DNA from: Acidimicrobiia bacterium
Lineage (GTDB): Bacteria > Actinomycetota > Acidimicrobiia > IMCC26256 > JBMOIJ01
Assembly: GCA_049317385.1 (NCBI GenBank)
Contig: JBMOIJ010000005.1
Location: 43,800-107,799, forward strand
Direction: 5' to 3'
DNA: 64,000 nucleotides
The position numbers and the translations under genes are program-made. The notes beneath the pieces are model-generated. The model did no database searches. It saw only the letters and a list, made by a program, of their open reading frames with translations, and was not told the DNA's origin. Shown piece by piece: positions 9,867 to 17,881 of the stretch; positions within the stretch are counted from its first letter, which is position 1; each line of letters begins with the position of its first letter.

Positions 9867-10325
9867 TCAGCGCGGCCGCGCGGCTTCGACGTGGTCCCAG
9901 TACGACATGGGCAGCAGCTCGATGAGTTGGCCATCGGGGTCGCGGACGTAGATCGCTTTCCCCAGGTCAGTGTCGCGAAGGATCGAACCTCCGCACTCCT
10001 CCACAAGGGAGCAGGTTGCTGCGATGTCATCGACGGACAGCGACAGGTGCGTCAGTCCGTACTCATTCATCACTCGTTCCGGCGGAGTGACCACCGGGGC
10101 GTCGGCGAACTCGAGCAGTTCCAAGACGAACTCGTCGCCGAGACGCAGGTACACCGCGCGCAGTCCGATGGGTGCAGGAATGCGGAGTAGCCGATCACTC
10201 GGTACGTCGGGAACGGTGAGGTCGCGTTCCACGGTGAAGCCGAACGCGCTCGTGTAGAAGCGGATGGATGCATCGGCGTCACGGACGCAGTGGCCCAAGT
10301 GGTTGTAGCGCGCCGATGTCGTCAT
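9867..10325 (-). CDS. VOC (glyoxalase) family protein
   Basis: ORF 9867..10367 with the start set to ATG 10325 (ATGA overlap with the upstream stop). YNHLGHCVRDADASIRFY and VRDPDGQLIELL are VOC module ends. Confidence 0.75.
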   Translation of the reverse strand: MTTSARYNHLGHCVRDADASIRFYTSAFGFTVERDLTVPDVPSDRLLRIPAPIGLRAVYLRLGDEFVLELLEFADAPVVTPPERVMNEYGLTHLSLSVDDIAATCSLVEECGGSILRDTDLGKAIYVRDPDGQLIELLPMSYWDHVEAARPR

Positions 10326-11149
10326 GATGCATCGGGCGCGAAGGCGCCCATCATCATGCGCATCCATTCCTCATCACTCGTCTGTCGCCACCCGTCGATC
10401 ATTCCGACTGCGAGCGGATCGCAGCCATAGCGAAGCGGACCGTCGTCGTCGAAGATGGCATCGCCGATGGCTGCTGCGGCGTCGGCGGTGGAGGTGACCA
10501 TGTTGTCGGCGCCTTGCTGCTTGGTCACTTGCACTTTCTCGGCCATGGCTCGGTACTCGGCGTATTGCCCGGCTTCGAGTGGACGCTTGGAACCTTGGAA
10601 CATGTCGGTGTCGATGGGGCCGGGCATGATCTCGACCACTCTGATGTTGAAGGGTGCGAGTTCGCTGCGCAGGCTCTCGCCGAGCACGCTGACGGCGGCT
10701 TTGCTTGCCCGGTACGCGGCGTAGAAGGGCATGGGGGCCAGGATCGAACTCGACGTGAGGTTGCAGATGACACCGCCACCGTTGGCGCGCAACGCGGGAA
10801 TGGCCTGTTGGGTGAGTTCGAGCAGACCGAACACGTTCGTGTCGAACATGGCGCGCCACATCGAGACCGGCGAGTGTTCGACGGGCACGTAGTCGAATTC
10901 AATTCCTGCGTTGTTCACCAGCACCTGCAGGTCGTTCGGAACTGCGTAGGTGGTGGGATCCGTGACGTCGAGGCGCTGCACGCGCAGTCGGCCTCCGAGC
11001 GCGGCTGCCGCATCGGTGAGGTCGGCGCCGTCGTCAGGGTTGCGCATCGTCGCCACTACATCGAATCCACGCGCGGCGAGTTCGAGGGCAATGGCCCGGC
11101 CGATTCCTCGGCTCGCGCCGGTGACGAGTGCACTGCCAGTGACTTCCAT
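10322..11149 (-). CDS. SDR family oxidoreductase
   Basis: ORF 10322..11293 with the start set to ATG 11149. ALVTGASRGIGRA Rossmann motif and YRASK catalytic motif. Confidence 0.8.
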   Translation of the reverse strand: MEVTGSALVTGASRGIGRAIALELAARGFDVVATMRNPDDGADLTDAAAALGGRLRVQRLDVTDPTTYAVPNDLQVLVNNAGIEFDYVPVEHSPVSMWRAMFDTNVFGLLELTQQAIPALRANGGGVICNLTSSSILAPMPFYAAYRASKAAVSVLGESLRSELAPFNIRVVEIMPGPIDTDMFQGSKRPLEAGQYAEYRAMAEKVQVTKQQGADNMVTSTADAAAAIGDAIFDDDGPLRYGCDPLAVGMIDGWRQTSDEEWMRMMMGAFAPDAS

Positions 11150-11198
11150 CGCAACCTCCCCTGGGTTGCCCGCAGCCTCGCGCGTCCCGTAGGCGGCG

Positions 11199-11930
11199 GT
11201 GAGCATGACTAGGTTGCCGGGCATGGAGAACCCCGCTCGCGTTCTGGTTGTCACGGCCCATCCCGACGATGTCGACTTCGGCGCTGCGGGCACCGTGGCC
11301 AGCTGGACCGCAGCCGGCGTGCACGTTGCCTATTGCATCGTCACCGATGGCGACGCCGGTGGATTCGACGAAACGATGCCGCGACCGGCCATGGCCGAGC
11401 TGCGCCGCAAGGAACAGACCGCGGCAGCCGCCGCTGTGGGCGTGAACGAGCTGCACTTTCTCGGGTATCCCGATGGCCGGCTGGTGTCGTCCATCGAGCT
11501 GCGCCGCGACATTTCGCGTGTCATTCGGGAAGTGCAGCCCGATCGGGTGCTCTGTCAGTCGCCGGAGCGCAACTACTCGCGCATCTTCGCAAGCCATCCG
11601 GACCACCTGGCGGCCGGCGAGGCGGCGCTCGCCGCCGTCTATCCCGACTCGCGCAACCCGTTCGCACATCCTGAACTGTTGGAAGGCGGGTTCGAGCCCC
11701 ACACCGTGCGCGACGTGTGGTTGATGGCCGATCCCGTAATGGACGTGTTCGTCGACACCACCGATCAGATCGATCGCAAGGTTGCCGCGCTGCGCAACCA
11801 CCAGAGTCAGCTGACCGATCCCGATGCCACCGAGGCGATGGTTCGTGAATGGGGCGCGCGGCTGGGAACCGAAGCCGGACTCGGCGCGGGCCGGACGGCC
11901 GAAGGCTTCCGTGTCGTGGTGACCGCCTGA
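11199..11930 (+). CDS. PIG-L/LmbE family N-acetylglucosaminyl deacetylase
   Basis: VLVVTAHPDDVDFG and VTDGDAGG motifs. Start is ambiguous: GTG 11199, ATG 11205 or ATG 11223. Confidence 0.8.
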   Translation: MSMTRLPGMENPARVLVVTAHPDDVDFGAAGTVASWTAAGVHVAYCIVTDGDAGGFDETMPRPAMAELRRKEQTAAAAAVGVNELHFLGYPDGRLVSSIELRRDISRVIREVQPDRVLCQSPERNYSRIFASHPDHLAAGEAALAAVYPDSRNPFAHPELLEGGFEPHTVRDVWLMADPVMDVFVDTTDQIDRKVAALRNHQSQLTDPDATEAMVREWGARLGTEAGLGAGRTAEGFRVVVTA

Positions 11931-11934
11931 TCAT

Positions 11935-12627
11935 TCAGGCGGTGCGACGAATGGCGCGCACGGCAACGAACTCGGGGACGCGACCTCGGTGCGCCAGTCG
12001 TCGAGCCCATCCGCTGTTGATGGCGCGACACTCCGCGTCGCTCAGGGCGCGCACCTCCTGGGGTTCGAAACCCGTGGTGCGCAACGCTGGGATCATGCGG
12101 GCCTCGACGACGTCGACGGAGGGGCGGGGGAGTCCGGCCAACCGTTGAGGTACCGAGTCCCATGCGCCGGCGTTGAGCACGATCCAGAGCATCCCATCGG
12201 GTTTCGTGCACGCCGCCAGGCCGTGCAGCACCCTCGGGTCCGGTTCGATGAGGCCTTCGAACAGCCGGCCCCACGGCAGGATCACGTGCACTTCGGACCC
12301 GCGCGACTCGAGCGCGGCGGGCGGCGTCTCGACCGATGCGCGCAGCAGCACCAGGTTGGGAGCGCCGTTCTTCTTCCTGGCTGCACGCGTTGCCGTCTCG
12401 CGGAGGTTGTCTGCCGCCGGGTCGAACGCGATCACGAGCGCTTGCGGGTGGTCTTGGGCAAGGGTGAACGCGTAGCGGCCATCCCCTGCGCCCACATCGA
12501 TGATCACACGCGAGGCCGTCGACACGCGCTCGGCAAGCGCGTCGCCGTCGAGTGGGTGTTCGCCGTGCGCATCAACGAGCGTTGTCACCGATGCATTCTC
12601 ACAAACCGTCGTGGCGATCGCAGGCAT
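11935..12627 (-). CDS. class I SAM-dependent methyltransferase resembling the KamB/NpmA 16S rRNA (adenine1408-N1)-methyltransferase family
   Basis: ATG 12627 inside ORF 11935..13302 (230 aa). SAM motif IIDVGAGDG. VILPWGRLFEGLIEP and the C-terminal NSGWARRLAHRGRVPEFVAV resemble, from memory, NpmA FPWGTLLEYV and SLWAKRLAFGRKRSFFRV. Needs HMM confirmation. Confidence 0.6.
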   Translation of the reverse strand: MPAIATTVCENASVTTLVDAHGEHPLDGDALAERVSTASRVIIDVGAGDGRYAFTLAQDHPQALVIAFDPAADNLRETATRAARKKNGAPNLVLLRASVETPPAALESRGSEVHVILPWGRLFEGLIEPDPRVLHGLAACTKPDGMLWIVLNAGAWDSVPQRLAGLPRPSVDVVEARMIPALRTTGFEPQEVRALSDAECRAINSGWARRLAHRGRVPEFVAVRAIRRTA

Positions 12628-12666
12628 CTGCTCGCCGGTAGTCTCGCTCCGGTGGCGGACGTCTCC

Positions 12667-13176
12667 ATGCTCTTCCTCTGTACCGGCAATGCTGCTCGGT
12701 CGGTCATGGCCGGGGCCATCTGGACGGCGCGCTTCCCTGAGGCGCCGGTCGTGACCGCCGGAACGCATGTGCTCGAGGGCCGGCCCATGAGTCTGCGCAC
12801 CCGCAATGCGCTCGAACAGATCGGCGTCGCGATTCCTGAGCATCGCTCGCGGCAAGCCGACTCCCGGAACCTGGCCGATGCCGATCTGGTGGTGGCGATG
12901 GAAGCCGCGCACGTGCGCTGGGTGCGGCGAGCACATCCCGCAGCTTCGGAGAAGACCGCCACGTTGCGTCGATTGGTGACCGATCTTCCCGGCACGCGGG
13001 GCGACGTGATGGAGCGTCTCGAGGCACTCGGCTTGGCCACCTGTGATCTCGATGACGCCGAAGACGTGTTGGACCCCGCCGGCGGCGAAGACCAGGTCTA
13101 CGTCCAATGTGCGGCAGAGATCGCGGCGCTGATGCGCGAGCTTGCGGACACGCTCACCGAAGGGACTGGCCCATGA
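12667..13176 (+). CDS. low-molecular-weight protein-tyrosine phosphatase family protein
   Basis: ATG 12667 inside ORF 11989..13176. CX5R(S) P-loop LCTGNAARS and the DP loop VLDPAGG. Confidence 0.8.
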   Translation: MLFLCTGNAARSVMAGAIWTARFPEAPVVTAGTHVLEGRPMSLRTRNALEQIGVAIPEHRSRQADSRNLADADLVVAMEAAHVRWVRRAHPAASEKTATLRRLVTDLPGTRGDVMERLEALGLATCDLDDAEDVLDPAGGEDQVYVQCAAEIAALMRELADTLTEGTGP

Positions 13177-13694
13177 CCACCGCCGAGTTGGACCTCGCAG
13201 TGCGCACCTGGCGCGATGGCGGTGACGCCTTCCGACTGGCCCTGGAGCACGCCGTTGCAGCCGAGGTCGACTGTTCCGGTCGCGCGTTTCCGTTCGCTCC
13301 ACTCCACGGAGCGCAACTGGCGGGCGCGCGGTTCAGGGCCGTGGACTTCGACGGCGCCGACCTCAGCGGTGCCGACTTGCGCGGCGCGGACTTGCGCGGC
13401 GCGGTGTTCTCGGGCGCGTTCATGCTGGGCGCGCGCCTGGCCGGTGCGCAGTGCGCGGGCGCGCAGTTCAACGCCGCCTTTTGCCGGGAGGTCGACTTCA
13501 CCGACGCGGACCTCAGCGACGCGAACCTCCACGGCACGTGGCTGCACGGCGCCCTCGTGGGGGGCGCCACGCTCGACCGGGTCGATCTGGCCGAAGCGTC
13601 GTTGGCCGCCGTCGATCTGCGGGGCGTGGATCTGACGTCGGCGGCCTTCGATGGGCGCACGCTCTGGCCCAAAGGCTTCGAATCCCCAGGGTGA
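13173..13694 (+). CDS. pentapeptide repeat protein
   Basis: ATG 13173 (ATGA overlap with the phosphatase stop). Consecutive A(D/N)LxG-type repeats: GADLSGADLRGADLRGAVFSGAFMLGARLAGAQCAGAQF... Confidence 0.85.
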   Translation: MTTAELDLAVRTWRDGGDAFRLALEHAVAAEVDCSGRAFPFAPLHGAQLAGARFRAVDFDGADLSGADLRGADLRGAVFSGAFMLGARLAGAQCAGAQFNAAFCREVDFTDADLSDANLHGTWLHGALVGGATLDRVDLAEASLAAVDLRGVDLTSAAFDGRTLWPKGFESPG

Positions 13695-13757
13695 GCCGCC
13701 CGCGGTCCGTCGACGGCGGGGCCGCTCAGCTTCGGGCTGGCGAGGGCACTCAACTTC

Positions 13758-14315
13758 GTGGTGGCCCGGCCGATCGAACCTCTGATGGAGGGCATCAACG
13801 GGATCCGGGCGCGCATTGCCGACATCGAAGCGCGCTTTCGCATCACCACCAGCTACCAGCCCATGACCCCGGCGCCGGGAGTGGGCGTGGACGGTCTGCA
13901 GTCCTTCCAAGACGTGTACCAGGCGCAGCAGAGCGGCCCGGTACAGGGGACGCCGCAGCAGGAACAGTTCGCGCGCGACGTCCTGCGCGGGCTCGGGATG
14001 CCCCAGAGTGCCGAGAACGTGAAGGCGATGGTTGCGTGGGCGCGGGCCGAGGGCACAAAGGCCGCCAACAATCCGCTTGCGACCACGCAGGGGTGGAACG
14101 GTGCATCGAACTTCAACTCGGTCGGGGTGAAGAACTACTCGAGCTATTCCGACGGAGTTTCCGCCACCATCAAGACGCTGAACAACGGGCACTACGGTGC
14201 GATCCTCGACACGTTGCGCGCAGGGAACAGTGCGACGGCAGTGGGCCAAGCAATTGCGAAGTCGCCGTGGGGCACGGGCGACGGGGTGCTGCGGGTGCTG
14301 CGCGGCGGTCGCTGA
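13758..14315 (+). CDS. hypothetical protein (185 aa), no signal peptide
   Basis: ORF with GC3-rich codons. Start is GTG 13758 or ATG 13785. N-terminus INGIRARIADIEARF; Gln/Gly-rich linker; C-terminal region NPLATTQGWNGASNFNSVGVKNY. Family not recognised. Confidence 0.5.
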   Translation: MVARPIEPLMEGINGIRARIADIEARFRITTSYQPMTPAPGVGVDGLQSFQDVYQAQQSGPVQGTPQQEQFARDVLRGLGMPQSAENVKAMVAWARAEGTKAANNPLATTQGWNGASNFNSVGVKNYSSYSDGVSATIKTLNNGHYGAILDTLRAGNSATAVGQAIAKSPWGTGDGVLRVLRGGR

Positions 14316-14339
14316 CCGTTTGCGACCGAAGCACGGCCG

Positions 14340-14531
14340 TCAGTCGGACGCGGTGGGTTCCTCGGGGGTGAGGTCGTCCTCTTCGACGACGAGGTCCCAG
14401 CGGTCGCCGCATGCTGAACAGCGATAGGTGACGACATCGCCGACTTCGAGCACGTCGTCGTCGGTGGGCGGCATCAACAAGTGCGCGGTTTCGCCGCAGT
14501 CGACGCAGGTGATCTCGGTGGCCAGCGGCAT
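14340..14531 (-). CDS. small zinc-ribbon protein (63 aa)
   Basis: ATG 14531 inside the long ORF 14340..15314. Two CxxC pairs (CVDCG, CSACG) and an acidic tail. Confidence 0.5.
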   Translation of the reverse strand: MPLATEITCVDCGETAHLLMPPTDDDVLEVGDVVTYRCSACGDRWDLVVEEDDLTPEEPTASD

Positions 14532-14569
14532 GGCCGCACCGTACCGCTGGGTCGCTCGAGGCGTTGCGA

Positions 14570-14953
14570 TCAACCCTGGCCGCTGCACCACACGAGGTAC
14601 TGCTCGATGTCGTTCACCGTGGCGGCTTGGTCGGTGCTCTTCGGGTCGTAGCCCTGCAGCGTTGCCTTCGCCGGCGCAGACAGCTGGCCCTGCACCTGGG
14701 TGTACGTGGTGGCGAAGCCGTTCAACGCCTGGCTCAGACCCGTGCCGGACTGTTGCGCGTTTGCCACCGTCTGGGCCTGGGCGCAGAGCTGTCGGTCGGC
14801 CGCGTTGGCGGTTTGCGGGGTGGAGGTATCGGGCGTGCGCACCACGCTGGTGGTGGCGGCCGTCGTGGTGGTCGCCTTGTCCGAGGACGAACTGCATGCC
14901 GCGACGCCAAGTGCGGCAACGACAGCAACGAACAGGACGATCGAGCGGCGCAT
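14570..14953 (-). CDS. lipoprotein, function unknown (127 aa)
   Basis: ATG 14953 preceded by AAGGAGGAACC. Signal peptide with lipobox ALGVAAC, then a Ser/Thr-rich linker. Confidence 0.6.
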   Translation of the reverse strand: MRRSIVLFVAVVAALGVAACSSSSDKATTTTAATTSVVRTPDTSTPQTANAADRQLCAQAQTVANAQQSGTGLSQALNGFATTYTQVQGQLSAPAKATLQGYDPKSTDQAATVNDIEQYLVWCSGQG

Positions 14954-15061
14954 GGTTCCTCCTTGCGCCAGTGAGGCACTGGCGGCGCTGCATTCTGGCC
15001 GCTGGACGGGCCCGATGCGCGCACTTGGTCCTACGCTGCGCGCCCGACGCCGAATTGGGGA

Positions 15062-15694
15062 GTGCCCGTGACCGTGACCGTGGTCGACCATCCGCTCGTT
15101 CGACACAAGCTTTCGGTGCTTCGTGACCGCGCCACCAATTCGGCCGAGTTCCGCCGAGTGGCGGGCGAGATCGGCACGCTGCTGGCGTACGAAGCGACTC
15201 GGGATCTTCCGCTGGCCGCAGTCGACGTGCACACGCCGCTCGAAACCATGACGGGGGAGCAGCTCGCTGGCCCCGACGTGGTGTTGGTGCCGTTGCTGCG
15301 CGCCGGGCTGGCACTGCTCGACCCGCTGCTGCATTTGCTGCCGAATGCTCGCGTGGGCTTCATCGGCTTGTACCGCGACGAGAGCACCCACCAGCCGCAC
15401 GTGTACTACTCGAAGCTTCCCGATCAGCTGGGCGAGCGCCGACTGCTGCTGCTCGACCCGATGCTCGCCACCGGCGGTTCCACCAGTGCTGCGTGCAACA
15501 TCTTGAAGGAGGCGGGGGCTCGCCACCTGACCCTGGTCTGTTTGGTGGCGGCACCCGAAGGGGTGGCGCGCATGGAGGCCGATCATCCCGACGTCGACGT
15601 CGTTGTGGCCTCGCTTGACCGTCAGCTCAACGCGGCGGCCTACATCCTCCCGGGCCTCGGTGACGCCGGCGATCGCATCTTCGGCACCGTCTGA
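15062..15694 (+). CDS. upp: uracil phosphoribosyltransferase
   Basis: GTG start. VDHPLVRHKLSVLRD, PRPP loop LLLDPMLATGGS, and C-terminal YILPGLGDAGDRIFGT. Confidence 0.9.
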   Translation: MPVTVTVVDHPLVRHKLSVLRDRATNSAEFRRVAGEIGTLLAYEATRDLPLAAVDVHTPLETMTGEQLAGPDVVLVPLLRAGLALLDPLLHLLPNARVGFIGLYRDESTHQPHVYYSKLPDQLGERRLLLLDPMLATGGSTSAACNILKEAGARHLTLVCLVAAPEGVARMEADHPDVDVVVASLDRQLNAAAYILPGLGDAGDRIFGTV

Positions 15695-15744
15695 GTGGTT
15701 TTGTGCCCGTTCGGTCCCGGCAATCCGGTGGGCGGCGAGGGTGC

Positions 15745-15772
15745 TTGCACTGGGGTTACCGGCGAGTAATAT
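15745..15772 (+). promoter_or_regulatory. sigma-70/HrdB-type promoter: -35 TTGCAC, 16-nt spacer, -10 TAATAT
   Basis: Read directly: TTGCAC 15745-15750 and TAATAT 15767-15772. Followed by SD GGAGGAG (15790-15796) and ATG 15799. Confidence 0.45.
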
Positions 15773-15798
15773 CAGGGACGGAAGCCACAGGAGGAGCC

Positions 15799-16161
15799 AT
15801 GGATGAGCTCGAGTGGTCCACGGAAGGACTGGCTGCGTCGGTCTCGGCGCACCTGAACCAGTCGGCCGGCACCGGAGCCGACCGACGCTGGCGCGACCAC
15901 GTCGACCGCATGATCGTGCTCGATCCGGTCAGCAGCGCGGAAGCAGTGGCCGCCGCCAACATGGCGGCTCGCTTGGCCGCGGGCGTCACCTCGCGGGCAT
16001 CGCTCAAGTTGGTGAGCGACACGTACCGCGACGTCGACCGCACCACCCACCCCACCCAACGCTTCCGCCGACACGCGCATCAACCAGGGACAGGAGCACC
16101 GTGGAAACCACCGACCGAACCAGTGGTCATGGAGAACGACGACCCGCCGGAGCCGGCATGA
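15799..16161 (+). CDS. hypothetical protein (120 aa)
   Basis: ATG 15799 with a strong SD, inside ORF 15703..16161. No family recognised. Confidence 0.5.
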   Translation: MDELEWSTEGLAASVSAHLNQSAGTGADRRWRDHVDRMIVLDPVSSAEAVAAANMAARLAAGVTSRASLKLVSDTYRDVDRTTHPTQRFRRHAHQPGTGAPWKPPTEPVVMENDDPPEPA

Positions 16162-16316
16162 GTGCCGCGAAGGAGTGGCCGCGCGGTGACGTGGCCTTGG
16201 CCTACTCGCTGCCCGAAGCAGATCGACCGTTCGATCGCAATCGCGCCTTGGACCGGTACTCCGAAGTGGACCGGCTGGTGGCCACGCTCCGCGAGATCTC
16301 GGGCGACCCGGCCTGA
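16158..16316 (+). CDS. hypothetical small protein (52 aa)
   Basis: ATG 16158 overlaps the upstream stop (ATGA). It is the terminal part of ORF 15813..16316. Called on coupling geometry only. Confidence 0.35.
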   Translation: MSAAKEWPRGDVALAYSLPEADRPFDRNRALDRYSEVDRLVATLREISGDPA

Positions 16317-16334
16317 CGTTCGATCAGCGCGCGC

Positions 16335-16904
16335 TCACATCGAGTGCGGAGTGGCGAACACCGCGCGTAACCGTGCCTCGAAGTGTTCGAGTGGCAGCGA
16401 TTCGTAGTCGGGATCGAAGGCAACCTGGTCCCACTCGTCGGCGAACTGCGCCGTGAGGTCGAACCACGGTTCGCCGACATACTGGTCGCGCGCGTTGGGG
16501 TCGGCGCCGAAGTGCTCGTAGTAGTGCTTGCCCTGAAAATCCTGGTGGACGCGGATCATCTGATACACGTCGTCGCGGACGTACGGCTTCAAGATCGCGG
16601 CCGCGATCGCCGGGTGGTTCATCACCGAGATTCCCTTGCCCAGGTCATGGCAGAGCGAGGCAACCACCACCTCGTCGTCGGCACCCGCCCGCTCGGCGCG
16701 AGTAGCAGTCTGGAGTGCGTGCTCGAGTTGGTCGACGGCGAACCCGTCGGTGATCGACGCCAGGGCCCCCAGCATGGCCAACACGGTCTCGGCCACACGG
16801 GGCTGGTTGCTCAACGTCTCGGTGCCGATGACCGCCCACTGCTCGGCCGTCGATTGGTCCATGCGGGTGAAGCTCACGATCTGATCATCGCGCGGGACGC
16901 TCAT
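16335..16904 (-). CDS. HD-domain protein resembling PhnZ/MIOX-type mixed-valent diiron oxygenases
   Basis: 189 aa. VDQLEHALQTATRAERAGADDEVVVASLCHDLGK closely resembles, from memory, the PhnZ N-terminal ligand region. Further His residues in NHPA and VHQDF. Confidence 0.65.
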   Translation of the reverse strand: MSVPRDDQIVSFTRMDQSTAEQWAVIGTETLSNQPRVAETVLAMLGALASITDGFAVDQLEHALQTATRAERAGADDEVVVASLCHDLGKGISVMNHPAIAAAILKPYVRDDVYQMIRVHQDFQGKHYYEHFGADPNARDQYVGEPWFDLTAQFADEWDQVAFDPDYESLPLEHFEARLRAVFATPHSM

Positions 16905-17818
16905 CGAAGGAACTCCTCGATCAGGGCCGCAAGTTCGACGGGGCGGTCACCCTGAACCGAATGGCCGGCGCCGTCGACGACTTCGACGTGCGCGTCGGGC
17001 CGCCGGCGCTGGAGTTCGGTCACGTCGTCGTCGCTGACCACCCCCGAGGTGCTGCCACGCACGAGCCAGATCGGCCCGGGGTAGCCCTCGAGTTCGTCCC
17101 ACAGCCCGCCGAAGTCGGGAACCGATCCGTGATGGCCTTCTTCGTCGTGCGCGGTGGACAGGCGCATGCGGTCGTAGCGCCAACGCCACGTGCCGTCGGG
17201 GTTCTCGACTGCGTTGTGCAGGATGCCGCGTCGCAATGATGCGACTGAACGGGTGGGGTTGAACTGCACGGTGCGCTCGAGGATCTCGTCGAAGGACGCG
17301 AAGTTTTCGGGTCCACTCACGAACGCGGTGATCGGTTCGGCCTTCTCCCGATTCACGCCGGGCGTCACGTCCACCAGCATCATGCGCGTCACCAGCTCCG
17401 GGCGGGCTGCGCCCAACGCGATGGTCGTGAGTCCGCCGAGCGACATCCCGATGACCGGACGGGGCGCGCCGATCAGCGAGTCCATCGCCGCCGCCACGTC
17501 GGTGGCGTTCCCCTTCACGGAGTAGTGGTGGTCGGTACGCCAGTCGGAACGCCCATGACCGGGAAGATCGATGGCGAGCAGTGGGTGACCCAACGCAAGC
17601 GCGACCGTGTCCCAGGTGTGCGCGTTCTGCGCGCCGCCGTGGAGCAGCACCGCGTGGGCAGGTGTTTCGCCCCAGGCGATGGCGCGCAGTGCACGCGTAC
17701 CGTCGATCGGTGTTTCGACGCGCGTCACGGTTGGCGGGCCGGTCCAGACCAGACCGAACTCTTCGGCGTTCTCGGCGAGGAGCGAGAATTCGTCCACGGA
17801 GGCGAGCGTACGCGCCAT
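16901..17818 (-). CDS. alpha/beta hydrolase
   Basis: ATG 17818 inside ORF 16901..18322. LLHGGAQNAHTW, nucleophile elbow GMSLGG, and C-terminal GAGHSVQ. Its stop overlaps the HD gene start (ATGA). Confidence 0.8.
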   Translation of the reverse strand: MARTLASVDEFSLLAENAEEFGLVWTGPPTVTRVETPIDGTRALRAIAWGETPAHAVLLHGGAQNAHTWDTVALALGHPLLAIDLPGHGRSDWRTDHHYSVKGNATDVAAAMDSLIGAPRPVIGMSLGGLTTIALGAARPELVTRMMLVDVTPGVNREKAEPITAFVSGPENFASFDEILERTVQFNPTRSVASLRRGILHNAVENPDGTWRWRYDRMRLSTAHDEEGHHGSVPDFGGLWDELEGYPGPIWLVRGSTSGVVSDDDVTELQRRRPDAHVEVVDGAGHSVQGDRPVELAALIEEFLR

Positions 17819-17881
17819 CGCCCCCGGTTCGGTTGCGCTCGATGGGGCGCTCCGAGGGTCGTCCTCGTACACTCGGGACCG

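Noticed and set aside
12628-13302. N-terminal extensions of long ORFs that would give much larger proteins: 11935..13302, 11989..13176, 14340..15314, 14570..15586 and 16901..18322.
   Set aside because: The recognisable domains start at internal ATG or GTG codons. The extensions overlap better-supported genes on the other strand and have shadow-ORF composition.
13375-13405. A 15-nt tandem duplication, GGCGCGGACTTGCGC x2, considered as a possible repeat array or CRISPR-like feature.
   Set aside because: It encodes consecutive ADLRG pentapeptide units inside the pentapeptide-repeat gene. There are no spacers and no cas genes.
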